A stretch of DNA of 64,000 bases from an uncultured Candidatus Saccharibacteria bacterium (lineage in GTDB: Bacteria; Patescibacteriota; Saccharimonadia; Saccharimonadales; JAGQNJ01). Below the pieces are notes generated by a model. The model saw only the letters and a program-made list of their open reading frames with translations. It made no database searches and was not told where the DNA came from. The stretch is taken from NCBI GenBank assembly GCA_964584895.1, contig CAZPAW010000001.1:37936-101935 (forward strand), written 5' to 3'. Below, one piece after another: positions 1 to 8,658 of this stretch (the stretch's first letter is position 1; each line of letters begins with the position of its first letter). Position numbers and translations under genes: made by a program.

Positions 1-1183
1 TATCATCAAAATCCTCACTGTTTCGCTTCATCGAGCTATTAGAAAAAACAGACTGATTGATGCCTCGATTTACTTCTTCGTTCAATGGATTCACGGCAGA
101 ATCAAGAGATTCTGGCATTGTATTCGCAGTCAGGGTGCCACCCATAGTAGGAGGCGATGAATTATAAGTCCTCTGCGGAATGCTTGAGGCTGAGAGTGAT
201 CCAGGCATCAAATCAGTGCCGTCGTCTGGACTGTGACTCTCGGACTTTACATCTCTAATAGCAGGCTGAAACCGCGTAACCGATGGTGACGTTGGTTGCT
301 GTGGCCTTTGTTGGAACGGGGTTGGCATTGTTTCGACTACTCGATGTTCAAGCTCTGGGTGCTCTGATGCATCAAGGCTATGATCGATATTTAATTCACC
401 ATCTTTTGAGGCACCCTGCGTTCGCTTAATTACGGTAGGTACAGCCTGAAGATTAGTAGCAACTAACTGCTGATTAGCGCCCGCTGCCATTAATTTTGCG
501 CTCAACCCCATGGTTAATGGTGAGGTTTTTTCATTGCTGAATCTCTTTGTCTCGGACACGATACCGGTCAATAATGAAGTTGCCATCTGAGCATCAAAAC
601 TGTTAGGTTTTAGTACCTCTGCGATATCGGCAACCATTTCACACAAACTACTGGCCTTATCATCCTGAAGGTCTAGAGTGCCGAGAGGCGTGCCAAGACT
701 ATTAGAAATAGAAATGACAGTTGCATCATGAAGTATTCTGCCATGAGCAATTATTGCTTTATCTAGGTCTTCGCGGTTGTGGACACCTAAAGCAACCACA
801 ACATCAACATTAAAATCACCCTGACTAAAATCAAAATCTTTATCTGAAATTGAAGTTTTATAAGGAGTTATAAATATCTTTACTACCTTATCTTCAACTT
901 TATATCTCAATTTATCTGCTTTTGTCTTGTCGAGCGAAATAATGAAATCGCGTAGACTATCGGTAGTTTTTTCTAAGGTTGCTTCGGGTTTTAAAAACTC
1001 GATAGTCGACGGGATGTCGCCACTAAAAACAGCTGTCGCATGTTTGCCAAGTTTGTTTAAAAACAGAGTAAGTCCAATACAAGCCGAAAGCTGATCAACA
1101 CTTGGATTAGCGCTAACTGTTACCAGGACATTTGTAGCTTGTCCTATGCGGTCAACAATACTTTGTTTTGAAGTCGGATTCAT
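1..1183 (-). CDS. DHH/NrnA-like fold protein, first ~394 codons (gene continues past the window start); catalytic DHH motifs not evident; Pro/Ser/Gln-rich tail
   Basis: My own minus-strand translation from ATG 1183: MNPTSKQSIVDRIGQATNVLVTVSANPSVDQLSACIGLTLFLNKLGKHATAVFSG... It stays open to position 1. It is absent from the ORF track because no stop lies in the window. Confidence 0.45.
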   Translation of the reverse strand, partial: MNPTSKQSIVDRIGQATNVLVTVSANPSVDQLSACIGLTLFLNKLGKHATAVFSGDIPSTIEFLKPEATLEKTTDSLRDFIISLDKTKADKLRYKVEDKVVKIFITPYKTSISDKDFDFSQGDFNVDVVVALGVHNREDLDKAIIAHGRILHDATVISISNSLGTPLGTLDLQDDKASSLCEMVADIAEVLKPNSFDAQMATSLLTGIVSETKRFSNEKTSPLTMGLSAKLMAAGANQQLVATNLQAVPTVIKRTQGASKDGELNIDHSLDASEHPELEHRVVETMPTPFQQRPQQPTSPSVTRFQPAIRDVKSESHSPDDGTDLMPGSLSASSIPQRTYNSSPPTMGGTLTANTMPESLDSAVNPLNEEVNRGINQSVFSNSSMKRNSEDFDD

Positions 1184-1336
1184 ATTTTTTATTTTTAAGT
1201 TATCTTAACTAGCAGTCTACCATAACCACTATAATCTGTCTACCCCTTATTTCAAAATATAAAAATAAAACAATATTGATTCTGGCTGGAAGAGTTAATG
1301 AGAAATATCCTAATACATTCTTTCCCTGTTTTCCTC

Positions 1337-1365
1337 TTTACAAATAATACAATGCTTTGTATAGT
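1337..1365 (+). promoter_or_regulatory. Sigma-70-type promoter for rpsT (TTTACA-N17-TATAGT)
   Basis: The hexamers and 17-nt spacer were read directly, about 55 nt upstream of rpsT. Confidence 0.5.
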
Positions 1366-1418
1366 TAAAACTCGAATATTTTAATTCAAATCTATCGTTG
1401 AAAGGAACAACTATTTAG

Positions 1419-1778
1419 ATGCCAATCATAAAATCAGCTAAAAAACGAGTAAGAACAGCAGAAAAAGCAGCTGCAAGAAACAGTAAAGTTCGCAAATCAA
1501 TCAGAAGCTCAATCAAAGCATTACAAGATGCTTTAGAAAAATCAGATAAAAAACAATTAACAAAACTTTACACAGAGGCACAGAGTGCGCTGGACCAAGG
1601 TGTAAAAAAACACATCATACATAAAAATAAAGCTGCAAGAAAAAAATCACAACTTTCTAGTCAGATTAAAAATGCAGGAGCCAAGGTTACTACCCCTCCA
1701 AAGACAAAAAGCACATCAAACAGCAAACCTACAACAAAAGCAAAAACTACTCCAAAAAAAGCTGTTAAAAAATCTTAG
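1419..1778 (+). CDS. rpsT: 30S ribosomal protein bS20 with a Lys/Thr/Pro-rich C-terminal extension
   Basis: N-terminus MPIIKSAKKRVRTAEKAAARN is typical of S20. At 119 aa it is longer than the usual ~87 aa. Confidence 0.9.
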   Translation: MPIIKSAKKRVRTAEKAAARNSKVRKSIRSSIKALQDALEKSDKKQLTKLYTEAQSALDQGVKKHIIHKNKAARKKSQLSSQIKNAGAKVTTPPKTKSTSNSKPTTKAKTTPKKAVKKS

Positions 1779-2743
1779 TTATTTTTAATTATCTCTACAA
1801 TCTCTAAAAGCAGTTGCTTTAACGCGTTATCTGCATTAATTGATTCAGTTTTTAAAGTAACATCCAAATCTGATACTAATCTAATAATTCTCTTTAATTG
1901 AGGTTTAGTAATTTTTGATAAAATTCGCTTTGCTTTATCAACCACGAAAGGACTTAATTTTGCTTTTGATGCGATCTGCGATGATGATAAATTTCCACTA
2001 GCTTGCACGACAGCCAAGATATGGAGTTGCCAAATAATCATTCCTAGTATCGCAATCGGCTCTTGGCTCAATAGTCTTTGCTCTTCATAAAGTTCTAGCG
2101 TTTTTGAATAATTACCTGAGAAGGCCATATCGATAAGCTGAAAAACATTACTCTCTGGAGAATTTTCACACAGCAATTCAATACTTTCTTTCGAAATTTG
2201 ACTATCATAAGTTATTAACTTATCGATCTCATGACTTAATCTTATTTGGTCTATTCCAACTCTGTAGATTAGAAATTTTGCCGTAGATCGATCAATATTG
2301 CCATCATTTTTGATTACTTTTTCAATTACCCATGAATCAAGATTATGAGAATCGATTGTATTAAACTCTTGGTATTGGGTCTTTGTTTTTAATATTTTAT
2401 ATATTTTTGCTCTTTTATCGATTTCCCTTAGAACAATTACAATATCCGATTGGCTAGATAAAGCAATAACCTGCTCAATATTATCTGACAACATTTTATT
2501 TTTATTCGGGTTATCGATAATAACAAGTCGATCACTACTAAATAATGATGTATTACTAACTGAGTCGATAATTTGTTCATAGCTTGCATCCTCGGCATCA
2601 ATATTCACTAGGTTAATCTTGCCAAACTTGTCGCAAAAAGTCGTTTTTATTTCATCGAGTCTCGACTTTAGCTCATACAGATTATTGCCAGCAAGAGTCG
2701 TTATCATAGTGTGTTTATCTCTGTTTTCTATCGAGATCAGCAA
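1775..2743 (-). CDS. holA: DNA polymerase III delta subunit (probable true start at Met13, coordinate 2707)
   Basis: Size and holA-like layout (LAGNNLYELK..., C-terminal helical domain). The call rests on family resemblance only. Confidence 0.65.
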   Translation of the reverse strand: MLISIENRDKHTMITTLAGNNLYELKSRLDEIKTTFCDKFGKINLVNIDAEDASYEQIIDSVSNTSLFSSDRLVIIDNPNKNKMLSDNIEQVIALSSQSDIVIVLREIDKRAKIYKILKTKTQYQEFNTIDSHNLDSWVIEKVIKNDGNIDRSTAKFLIYRVGIDQIRLSHEIDKLITYDSQISKESIELLCENSPESNVFQLIDMAFSGNYSKTLELYEEQRLLSQEPIAILGMIIWQLHILAVVQASGNLSSSQIASKAKLSPFVVDKAKRILSKITKPQLKRIIRLVSDLDVTLKTESINADNALKQLLLEIVEIIKNN

Positions 2744-3518
2744 TCACTAAAGAGCCGTCAGTTATATAATGATGGCCAAACCCATTTCTGGTTTTATAGG
2801 CACTAAAAAAATGATCAATATGCTGTGATTTTGATAATTTATTAGCATTTTTCAGAGTTGAAATAATAAAATCTCGTTCTTTATCAACATTAGAATTGAT
2901 CCGATGAGTAAACTGCATCGTAAATAATGATAGACCTACCGCCTCATCGTAGGTTGCCGCCCCCAGCCAATCAACTTTATAGCCCCCCGGCAAATACCAG
3001 CCTGTTGGAGTTTTCCAAAACCTAACATGGTGTCGTTTTCGAGGATTATTCTCAACCTCCATTTGAAAAGCAATATCTTGTTTATTACCGAATAGCACTG
3101 CATCGCTGACCGGAGCAGATGGATAACTTTTTCTAAATGCCGATGCTTTTATCATCCTCCATATAGTATGTATAGATAGTCTATCTGCAACCGTCCAGCC
3201 AGCGCCCTCCATGGCTCGAACCAAGTCATTTTTACTGCCATTTATTGCGAGGTTTACAGGATCACACAATAACCCATCATTAGTACGTGTTCGACCAATA
3301 AAATTATCTGGAACATATATTCTTGATAATAACTGATGGATTCTTGGCAATACAAAATATGCAGTCATCAACCACAAAATAACCAAACTAATTAATATAT
3401 TATCTCTTTGCCATACCTCAGGTAATAGCGTGAAATATACAAAAAGAACAAAAACTATCGATCCGACGAGTATTGCAAGTCGCTTTAATAAAACACCGAA
3501 TGACCATATATATTTCAT
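2715..3518 (-). CDS. Membrane protein with LssY-like C-terminal domain
   Basis: Two N-terminal TM helices, then DPVNLAINGSKNDLVRAMEGAGWTVAD ... HHVRFWKTP, resembling the LssY_C family. Confidence 0.5.
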   Translation of the reverse strand: MKYIWSFGVLLKRLAILVGSIVFVLFVYFTLLPEVWQRDNILISLVILWLMTAYFVLPRIHQLLSRIYVPDNFIGRTRTNDGLLCDPVNLAINGSKNDLVRAMEGAGWTVADRLSIHTIWRMIKASAFRKSYPSAPVSDAVLFGNKQDIAFQMEVENNPRKRHHVRFWKTPTGWYLPGGYKVDWLGAATYDEAVGLSLFTMQFTHRINSNVDKERDFIISTLKNANKLSKSQHIDHFFSAYKTRNGFGHHYITDGSLVIADLDRKQR

Positions 3519-3526
3519 TTGTTATA

Positions 3527-4405
3527 TCACTCCTTGAGCTTTTGGCATTGAGGACAAATATGTGTACCACGACCAGCAACTCTAATCTTCTCTATTATTG
3601 TACCGCACCTTTGGCATAACTGCCCTTCTCGTCGAAAAACCTTTGCTATCGATAAGTAACTCCCTTTCTTGCCCTCTGCATCAACATAATTCCTATCAGT
3701 TGACCCGCCAGCTTCTATACTACGGATTAAAACAGCCCTAAGTTCATCATATAAATAACGCAACTGTTTTCTTGAAAGATTCCTAACCAAGGTCTTTGGA
3801 TGGATTCTTGCAGCAAACAATGACTCGTCAGCATAAATATTACCCACACCCGCAATAACGGTCTGGTCTAATAAAGCTGCTTTGATGTTCGAATTTTTTT
3901 TTCGTAAAAATCTGGATACAAAATCATCGCTAGAAAAACTATCTTCTAGAGGTTCTGGGCCAACTTTTTTAAAAAAATCGATGTTTGGTACTTCTATAGT
4001 AGGAATTAATCTCATCCATCCAAATTTCCTTTGATCGTTAAAAAATAATTTACCGTCGCCAAAGTCTAAAGTGACCCTCGTTGATTTATCTGGCAAATCA
4101 CCTACTAGACTGCTACTAGGATGGCCTGCACCAAATCTAGTCTGGTCGTCAATAGATCTATAGACCAACTGTCCAGTCATTTTTAAATGTATGACAAGAG
4201 AGTAATTTGTGCTCAAATCAATTATGATTACCTTTGCTCGTCGTTTTATCGCAATAATACTAGCATTAATTAAAAATTGATTGATGTCATTGGTAGAATT
4301 AGGAAAACTTTTTTGCCAATCAAATGATACAAACTTTATCTTTTTATTGATAATCAGTTTACTAAGACCGCGCTTAACAGTCTCTACCTCTGGTAATTCT
4401 GGCAC
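3527..4405 (-). CDS. mutM: Formamidopyrimidine-DNA glycosylase
   Basis: MPELPEVETVKRGL N-terminus, H2TH region and C-terminal zinc finger CQRCG...CPQC. Confidence 0.93.
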   Translation of the reverse strand: MPELPEVETVKRGLSKLIINKKIKFVSFDWQKSFPNSTNDINQFLINASIIAIKRRAKVIIIDLSTNYSLVIHLKMTGQLVYRSIDDQTRFGAGHPSSSLVGDLPDKSTRVTLDFGDGKLFFNDQRKFGWMRLIPTIEVPNIDFFKKVGPEPLEDSFSSDDFVSRFLRKKNSNIKAALLDQTVIAGVGNIYADESLFAARIHPKTLVRNLSRKQLRYLYDELRAVLIRSIEAGGSTDRNYVDAEGKKGSYLSIAKVFRREGQLCQRCGTIIEKIRVAGRGTHICPQCQKLKE

Positions 4406-4436
4406 AGCTATATTGTAACAAGATAATTATATATAT

Positions 4437-4748
4437 TTATGTGGTTTGATAAGGATTGGCTTGTTGTAACAGTAAAGCGCCGAGCTGTCTTACATCCTCA
4501 CTAATACCTGATATCATAACGTCCTCGAGAATATTTCTCACCACTGCATCAGGATCAGGTACCACGCTTAAATCTATGATTAAACTTATCGGAAATGGAA
4601 ATTCTTCAGGCGCCCTAGTCTTGAGAGAGTTGGCCGCGTCATATATTGCTCTAGCCCCGTCAACGCTTGAATAATCGGCAAAATCTGCAAGCAGAAGTGC
4701 ATCTTGACGACATTCTATTAATAATCTGTCTTCTATTCCTACGACCAT
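4437..4748 (-). CDS. Hypothetical protein (orphan, G+C-richer)
   Basis: ORF only; the opposite-strand ORF 4456-4674 is judged to be its shadow. Confidence 0.5.
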   Translation of the reverse strand: MVVGIEDRLLIECRQDALLLADFADYSSVDGARAIYDAANSLKTRAPEEFPFPISLIIDLSVVPDPDAVVRNILEDVMISGISEDVRQLGALLLQQANPYQTT

Positions 4749-4819
4749 GGTTATAGTTAATTCTTTTAGCTATTATTATACCCTCCTGTCAACTAGCAAA
4801 TAATAAGTATAATACTTGC

Positions 4820-5062
4820 ATGACAACATCTATAAAAGATCTACTATCAAAGCGCATTTCGGATGAACCCCCAGAATTTCAAATAATTCGAGATTTTGTT
4901 CAAGAAAAATTTCAAGAGAAAGTCGATCTAAAACTCCAAAATAATACCATCGTCATAGGGGTGAAAGGCTCTGCTCTTGCCGGCGAACTACGACTGTGTT
5001 TGCACGAACTCCAGTCGATACTAAATAGCGACCAAGTTAAATTGCGGATACAAGTACTTTAA
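4820..5062 (+). CDS. Small DUF721/DciA-like protein (tentative); leaderless start
   Basis: The 80-aa pattern ...IVIGVKGSALAGELRLCLHEL resembles DUF721. TATAAT (4808-4813) lies 6 nt before the ATG. Confidence 0.45.
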   Translation: MTTSIKDLLSKRISDEPPEFQIIRDFVQEKFQEKVDLKLQNNTIVIGVKGSALAGELRLCLHELQSILNSDQVKLRIQVL

Positions 5063-5064
5063 GG

Positions 5065-5346
5065 CTATTGACTAGCGACATACGCTAAAAATTCAGCGAC
5101 ACTATCGGCTCGGGATTCAACCGGAACAATAGAACGATCAAATTCTGGATCAAACCGTTCTGTCCCATATTCATCACTTTCACACGGCATCCTTACGTAA
5201 TTGGCTATTACGGCCATCCCCCCATACTCAATTATGTCGGCAGGACCTTTAGGCGTATTTATTATGCAATGTTTTGTCTCTATATCTGTTAATGACATGA
5301 TTTTTATATTAATGTTTACGCTTATTATTATACTATTTACTGTCAA
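5065..5346 (-). CDS. Hypothetical protein (likely starts at an internal Met, MSLTDIET...)
   Basis: ORF only; overlaps the stop of the HAD gene by 4 nt. Confidence 0.45.
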   Translation of the reverse strand: MTVNSIIISVNINIKIMSLTDIETKHCIINTPKGPADIIEYGGMAVIANYVRMPCESDEYGTERFDPEFDRSIVPVESRADSVAEFLAYVASQ

Positions 5347-5927
5347 CCGCGCGTATTTAACAATGGCTCAATTTTACCCTTAAAATCATCAAAACTAATA
5401 TAGACCAAACCTTTCATTCCAATCATTTCTGCACCCTCAACCATACGTTTTTTGTCATCGACAAAAACACAGCTATATGGCTCAACACCAAGTTTATCCG
5501 CCGTTATTTGATATGCCTTACGTTCAGGCTTTAAAATGCCTATATCGCCACTAACTACAATCTCGTCAAAGTAATCGTCCTGTTTTTTCTCGTCGTCAAA
5601 TATCCTCTCGATAAACCCAACACCAACATTGGAGAGTACAGCAGTTTTATAAGTTTGTTTTAGCCCTTTTATATACTCCAGCAATTCCCAATCAGCGCCT
5701 CTTACTTTATCCAACTCTATGTCTAGCTCTTTTCTTGTGACTTTAAATATTGTTGCCACGCTATTCCAAAAATCATCTCGAGCTATCTCACCCCGATCAC
5801 ATACCCTACGTAGCTTTTGAACCTTGTTTTGTTTTGCCTTATCGTTTTTTAAATAATCCCTCTGAACCATTGTCAGCGTATCTGGATATATCACTCCGAA
5901 ACAATCAAATATTATCGCTTTTATCAT
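5343..5927 (-). CDS. HAD-superfamily hydrolase
   Basis: N-terminal IIFDCFGVIY (motif I-like) and C-terminal VFVDDKKRMVEGA (motif IV). Confidence 0.75.
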   Translation of the reverse strand: MIKAIIFDCFGVIYPDTLTMVQRDYLKNDKAKQNKVQKLRRVCDRGEIARDDFWNSVATIFKVTRKELDIELDKVRGADWELLEYIKGLKQTYKTAVLSNVGVGFIERIFDDEKKQDDYFDEIVVSGDIGILKPERKAYQITADKLGVEPYSCVFVDDKKRMVEGAEMIGMKGLVYISFDDFKGKIEPLLNTRG

Positions 5928-6159
5928 TTGCTATAAAATATATAGAATTTAATCAACGCCGCCAAGACGTACGTCAAACATAATCGTAGTACACGCACTA
6001 CAAACTAGATCTGTTAGGTGTACGTCTAGAAAAATAACAATCAGATCGTGAGGTAGATTTTTCGCGAATCTAATCTAACTTCATAACGCCTTTAAACTCA
6101 GACAACATCTTATTTTGCTCAAGCTTGTAATGATATAGTACCAGCAATATAATGAATTT

Positions 6160-6519
6160 ATGATAAAGCAAACTAGGTTAGAAAAACCTAGATTCTACAG
6201 AGAACCCTCAGAATCTGATATTGAATCAATGGGAGTGCTTGCTGCAGAAATTAATGCACGAACGCGTGCAAGAATTGTTGGGAGCAGAGCAATATCGGCA
6301 ACGGTGGCGATTGGTACTGGTACTGCCATTACAGCATATGAGTTATTGTGGGGGGGAGATATAGAGATTGTTAATTTGCTTGGCTACTTTGGTTCTCCAA
6401 TTTTAATAAACACGGTAGCTGAGTTAAAAATAGAGGGGCAACTTCGTCATATGGGCGAGGAGCTTATACGAATACTGCCTGAAATAGGGCAACCTACCGC
6501 CGAAGAAAATTCAATATAA
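6160..6519 (+). CDS. Hypothetical protein; leaderless start
   Basis: ORF; TATAAT (6148-6153) lies 6 nt upstream of the ATG. Confidence 0.5.
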   Translation: MIKQTRLEKPRFYREPSESDIESMGVLAAEINARTRARIVGSRAISATVAIGTGTAITAYELLWGGDIEIVNLLGYFGSPILINTVAELKIEGQLRHMGEELIRILPEIGQPTAEENSI

Positions 6520-6603
6520 ACTGTCATATTGAACCACATAGTATTATTATTAAATCAGCACAAAAAATATTGCGAAAACTTTATAATCGTATAGAAAATT
6601 ATT

Positions 6604-7599
6604 ATGTTAGACAAAATTAAAATTGACGGCAAACTTACTCTTATGTGGACCGAGGCATTACGGGCATTGGTTTGTATGTTTCCAACGTTTGCCGCAATGG
6701 GACTAGGAAAAACATCGGCTTTAGTTGCGCTCGGACAAGGTGGATTTTTCTTTAGTTCTTTGTTTTTGCCAAGAAAGTTTTCTGGAAGAGCCATAATGGC
6801 GACTTTGATTCTAACATTAGGTCTCGCAATATATATGTTAGGTGGAGTGGTAGCTCCCAATACTTTAATGGCATTGTTTTTTACTTTCTTAATTTGTGTA
6901 AGCTTAAGTTTTTTGAGCGGTTGGACAATCGGTGGTCCTCTTGCGTTAACTCTCGTTATGATATATACCGCTGGACTTAATTCAGGCTCACCAGAGAAAG
7001 CCTCTGCTAATTTTCTGGCTTTTGCTATTGTGCTTACCTGGTCGGCACTGATATCACTGCTACCAATATGGAAGCCAATCGACCCACCAAAGGTTGATAC
7101 TTCTCAGCCTAATGAAGCGCTCGCCGAACAAGGACTCAGGATGGCATTTGGAGCAACAATTGCCTTAGCAATTTCGTTTGTGGCAGGATTTACGAAACTT
7201 GGCTGGGCTACAAGTGCGGTAGGTAATGTGGTCCGATATGAACCAAAGTTATCAAAACTCCGAGCTATGGCCAGATTGATAGGTACTATTGCAGGAGCAA
7301 TATTAGCAGCAATCGGCTTAGCGCTTATAAATAGTGTTACCGTACTAGTAATAGTTGGGATTATTTTTGCAGTGCTAAATGGCTTATTCAAAAAAACCAA
7401 ACTGGGTATGTTGCCTTTCTTTTATACGGCGACGATTTTACTCTTATATTCTGCAAACGACTTATCTGCGGGGATGACCAATGTAATAGAAAGAGTAGCC
7501 TATAACTTAGTCGGCATCACAATAGCAATTATTGTTGTCGTCTTTCCTTTCCCGCTGATAATGAAAAGATTATATCCTAAGAAATCCAGCACTAAATAA
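6604..7599 (+). CDS. FUSC-like (aromatic acid exporter family) integral membrane protein
   Basis: Multi-TM protein; the MARLIGTIAGAILAA motif resembles the FUSC R-x-x-GT-x-x-G signature. Confidence 0.55.
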   Translation: MLDKIKIDGKLTLMWTEALRALVCMFPTFAAMGLGKTSALVALGQGGFFFSSLFLPRKFSGRAIMATLILTLGLAIYMLGGVVAPNTLMALFFTFLICVSLSFLSGWTIGGPLALTLVMIYTAGLNSGSPEKASANFLAFAIVLTWSALISLLPIWKPIDPPKVDTSQPNEALAEQGLRMAFGATIALAISFVAGFTKLGWATSAVGNVVRYEPKLSKLRAMARLIGTIAGAILAAIGLALINSVTVLVIVGIIFAVLNGLFKKTKLGMLPFFYTATILLLYSANDLSAGMTNVIERVAYNLVGITIAIIVVVFPFPLIMKRLYPKKSSTK

Positions 7600-7701
7600 T
7601 AATTGGCTCAAGCTTATAATATCGATTAATATGGTCTCGTCCCTAGACTAGGCCGGTAATTTACTAAAAATTTTGGATCCTACCACCCTATATACCGGAT
7701 T

Positions 7702-8277
7702 TTAAAATTCAGTACCTCTAGTAAAATCATCGTAATTATATACCTGATCTTCGAACAAATTATTCACTTTACCAATAGAGCCACCAAAATTTCCATCTTT
7801 CGTACTACAACTTGTTGCCCATGCTGGTTTAGGAGCCCCATCAGTTGTTACATTTACTAAAGAGTATTGATACAGCTCGCCACCCGGACATACACCGGGT
7901 ATACTTAGCGCCTTACGTTCTCTCTGACGACTTGTAAATCCAGCATTTAATAGGGCTGATAAGAATACTTCATACGACTTTTGAGTATTTGTAGTTCGGG
8001 TAGATCGTACTTCCTTAAAATCATAGCCTTGAAACAACGTCGCGACTACTTCGTCTCTATTGACGCTGATTGTGAGCTCTTGATGTTCTTTATCGTTTGT
8101 AACTCTACCCCTAATATGAAGCTGAGCACTAGCACCTGTTGAAGCAAAATCAGTCAAAGCCGTTTGCTGTCTTTCTTCTTGCTTATCACTTGATCCACCC
8201 CAAGGAATAGCAAAAATAATAAGGCCGCCTATAACAACGAACGCAATTATCGCTAAAACAACCAAAAACTGTCTCAT
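7702..8277 (-). CDS. Membrane-anchored extracytoplasmic hypothetical protein
   Basis: N-terminal TM helix (FLVVLAIIAFVVIGGLIIFAI), then a soluble domain with Cys pairs. Confidence 0.55.
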   Translation of the reverse strand: MRQFLVVLAIIAFVVIGGLIIFAIPWGGSSDKQEERQQTALTDFASTGASAQLHIRGRVTNDKEHQELTISVNRDEVVATLFQGYDFKEVRSTRTTNTQKSYEVFLSALLNAGFTSRQRERKALSIPGVCPGGELYQYSLVNVTTDGAPKPAWATSCSTKDGNFGGSIGKVNNLFEDQVYNYDDFTRGTEF

Positions 8278-8325
8278 TACACATATATTATAACACTCTT
8301 ATGCAACTATTTCAATACCCATCAC

Positions 8326-8658
8326 CTAAACTTGCTCTTCAACAAATTCAAGAAAAATTCGGTCCTCAAAACCACCTCTTTGTTCAAGCTTTTGACTACG
8401 AACAGCTTCGATTTTTTCTCTTGAAAATCCGAAAATTGCATCAATAGCAAGCAAGACCTCCTGTACATCTGCACGCTCTTCTAAGCCTGGGTCTTCAAAT
8501 AACTCACTCGCCTCCTCAATCAACTTTTCAAGCAGTCGTTTTTTGTATTCATCACTTTCAAGTATCCGGGTTTTTGGTACCGCCCCATTTTTTTCAATTA
8601 CTTCCGGAATACCATCGCGAACTAGTTTATTATGCTCTACTCTCACAGTTCTCCCCAA
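8326..8658 (-). CDS. MazG-like / PRA-PH-like nucleoside triphosphate pyrophosphohydrolase
   Basis: KLVRDGIPEVIEKNG ... EEASELFED ... EVLLAI pattern typical of small all-alpha NTP pyrophosphatases. Confidence 0.7.
   Translation of the reverse strand: MGRTVRVEHNKLVRDGIPEVIEKNGAVPKTRILESDEYKKRLLEKLIEEASELFEDPGLEERADVQEVLLAIDAIFGFSREKIEAVRSQKLEQRGGFEDRIFLEFVEEQV

Noticed and set aside
6555-7400. Minus-strand ORFs 6555-6860 and 7104-7400 opposite the FUSC-like gene
   Set aside because: They are hydrophobic mirror-image translations typical of the antisense strand of a membrane-protein gene.
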